Positions 62,611 through 64,000 of a DNA stretch of 64,000 bases are shown here, piece after piece. The position numbers and the translations under genes were made by a program. Position 1 is the stretch's first letter; the number at the start of each line of letters is the position of its first letter. The DNA is from Oscillospiraceae bacterium (GTDB lineage: Bacteria > Bacillota > Clostridia > Oscillospirales > Acutalibacteraceae), in contig SVPN01000004.1 of assembly GCA_015065805.1 (NCBI GenBank), positions 17,186 through 81,185 of the forward strand, written 5' to 3'. The notes under the pieces are model-generated. The model saw only the letters and a program-made list of their open reading frames with translations. It did no database searches and was not told where the DNA came from.

Positions 62611-64000
62611 TTATTGAATCAGCGAACTGAGCAGAACACGCAGATCACGGGAGTTGATCTCCCCGCTTCCGTCCACATCTGCCAAGTGCTTTTGCGTCAC
62701 CGTCAGCTTCGACGTGTCGTAAAGCAGATCCTTGACAATAATGCGGGCATCCACCGTGGAGGGTTCACCGTCCATATCCACATCCCCGGGCGCATACAGT
62801 GTCCATTTAAACACCACGTCGCCGTTTGCCGCCGCAACCTCCTCAAGCTCAAAGCCTCCAAGCGCTTCAAGAGCCCTCTGATACACCCCATCCGCGTGGC
62901 TGTTAAATGCCGCCGCAATCGTCGCGGCATCGTTGGAGCGTGTCCCCTGCGCATCGGTGACTGCCGTACCGTTCGAAAGCGTGTACCAATGGTACAGGTT
63001 GTGGTAGTCATCGGAATAATCCGAGACGGTGAACGCATCGGGCTTGTCACCGCCGAGTACACCGTGGGTGTACGTGTTATAGGTGAAGCTGTAATTCGAA
63101 TACGCCAGACCGTTGGCGCACGCCGCCGACAGCTCCATATCCGCAAGGATATTCACCGCACTGCCGTACAGCGAGCGGATGGGCTGTGCGCCCTCGTCGG
63201 CAACGATCCGTCCTTTAAAATGCAGATTGGCAATCGTACCGTAGGTGTACGGAAACACCGAGCGCATCCCGTAGGACTGAATATCCACCGTCAGCGTATG
63301 ACCGCCGCCGTTGTAGATGCCTGCAAAATAGGTCTTTGCACCGCTGTTCGCCGTTGTGCCGCTGTAGCCCGCAACACCCGTCATATCAATATCCGCCGTT
63401 TGCAGGAAATACTTGCCGTAGCCGTACATCTCCGTTTCCGCGGATGACACAGAGCTGTTGAAGCCGTTTGTGAGTGCCTTGAAATCGGCGGCATCCTGAA
63501 TAAGGTACGGCTCTTCAAGTGTTCCCTTACCCTCGAATGCCTCCTCCGGATCGGCAGGCACCTCTACGGGCAGGATGTAACACGCCGACGGAATGATCTT
63601 GCCCGTTGTCAGGTTGTGTCCCGTAAACACAATATACTCGTCATACACTCGCACGGTGTACGCCTCACTGCCGTAGGACGCATTCACCGTATGGCGACCG
63701 TCACCGCTTCCGAGTGCATTGTTCGCGTTGTTGTAGGTGGCAGGCTGGCATCCCGAAGGCACGTGCACCATACGACAGGAGGTGCCGTTTTCGGTAGAAT
63801 AGTTTTCGTTGTCATACAGCGAAAGATGCGTGTGCCCCGACAGATGAATGAGATTTTTATAGGTTTCCAGTAACCCCTTCAGACGCATATTCTGCGGGAA
63901 TTTGTCTGCGAACGTGATCATTCTGCTGTAATCGCCCGGATGGCGGTCGCCCGCTCCGTAATTAAGAAACGGCGAATGCTCGATCAGGAAGATATTCGTC
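62611..64000 (-). CDS. Dockerin-containing secreted protein with N-terminal metallophosphoesterase domain (5' end outside the window)
   Basis: The reading frame stays open upstream of the tracked Met to position 64000 (..IFLIEHSPFLNYGAGDRHPGDYSRMITF..). It has a GHTH calcineurin-like phosphoesterase motif (LSGHTHLS). The C-terminal type I dockerin has two Ca-binding repeats (GDVDMDGEPSTVDARII, ADVDGSGEINSRDLRVL). Confidence 0.75.
   Translation of the reverse strand, partial: TNIFLIEHSPFLNYGAGDRHPGDYSRMITFADKFPQNMRLKGLLETYKNLIHLSGHTHLSLYDNENYSTENGTSCRMVHVPSGCQPATYNNANNALGSGDGRHTVNASYGSEAYTVRVYDEYIVFTGHNLTTGKIIPSACYILPVEVPADPEEAFEGKGTLEEPYLIQDAADFKALTNGFNSSVSSAETEMYGYGKYFLQTADIDMTGVAGYSGTTANSGAKTYFAGIYNGGGHTLTVDIQSYGMRSVFPYTYGTIANLHFKGRIVADEGAQPIRSLYGSAVNILADMELSAACANGLAYSNYSFTYNTYTHGVLGGDKPDAFTVSDYSDDYHNLYHWYTLSNGTAVTDAQGTRSNDAATIAAAFNSHADGVYQRALEALGGFELEEVAAANGDVVFKWTLYAPGDVDMDGEPSTVDARIIVKDLLYDTSKLTVTQKHLADVDGSGEINSRDLRVLLSSLIQ

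Overview
This is a chromosomal segment of the high-GC Firmicutes/Clostridia type. Hand-counted 60-nt lines give about 53-58% G+C. The organism looks like a spore former (alpha/beta SASP, SpoVD/SpoVE-type genes). A dockerin-bearing protein suggests a Ruminococcus/Oscillospiraceae-like organism, but that is inference. All product calls come from motifs I recognised in the supplied translations; no database search was run.

Most of the window is housekeeping:
- CDF transporter with a divergent TetR regulator, NUDIX hydrolase, M14 peptidase, uvrC, ptsH, rimM-trmD
- gpsA-plsY-der-DUF512 radical SAM, rpmF-yceD, pgi, a DacB-like carboxypeptidase
- AEC transporter, GH13 alpha-glucosidase, a PyrB-PyrI(Zn) fusion, ackA, tmcAL, rsuA-like, an msmK-like ATPase, a CdaR-like regulator, metH, glyQS
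- a long dcw cluster on the minus strand: mraZ-rsmH-ftsL-PBP-murE-mraY-ftsW-murG-murA-ftsQ-ftsZ

Four things stand out:
1. A low-GC, tightly packed three-gene operon at about 41.5-45.2 kb. It has a consensus TTGACA-17-TATAAT promoter and its own terminator. It encodes a cytosolic TIR + BspA-type LRR protein, an ArsB/CitMHS-type permease and a fused double AdoMetDC(SpeD)-fold protein. This is my best candidate for an undescribed system.
2. A second, unrelated TIR protein at 4.5-7.2 kb. It has two tandem TIR domains, Sel1 repeats and nine near-identical 141-bp (47-aa) TPR-like repeats.
3. ftsEX followed by four diverged tandem paralogs of a coiled-coil M23 peptidase, all with intact catalytic motifs.
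4. Structured repetitive non-coding elements in two intergenic regions (7.2-7.8 kb and 11.4 kb).

I found no rRNA, tRNA, CRISPR array, integrase or transposase.
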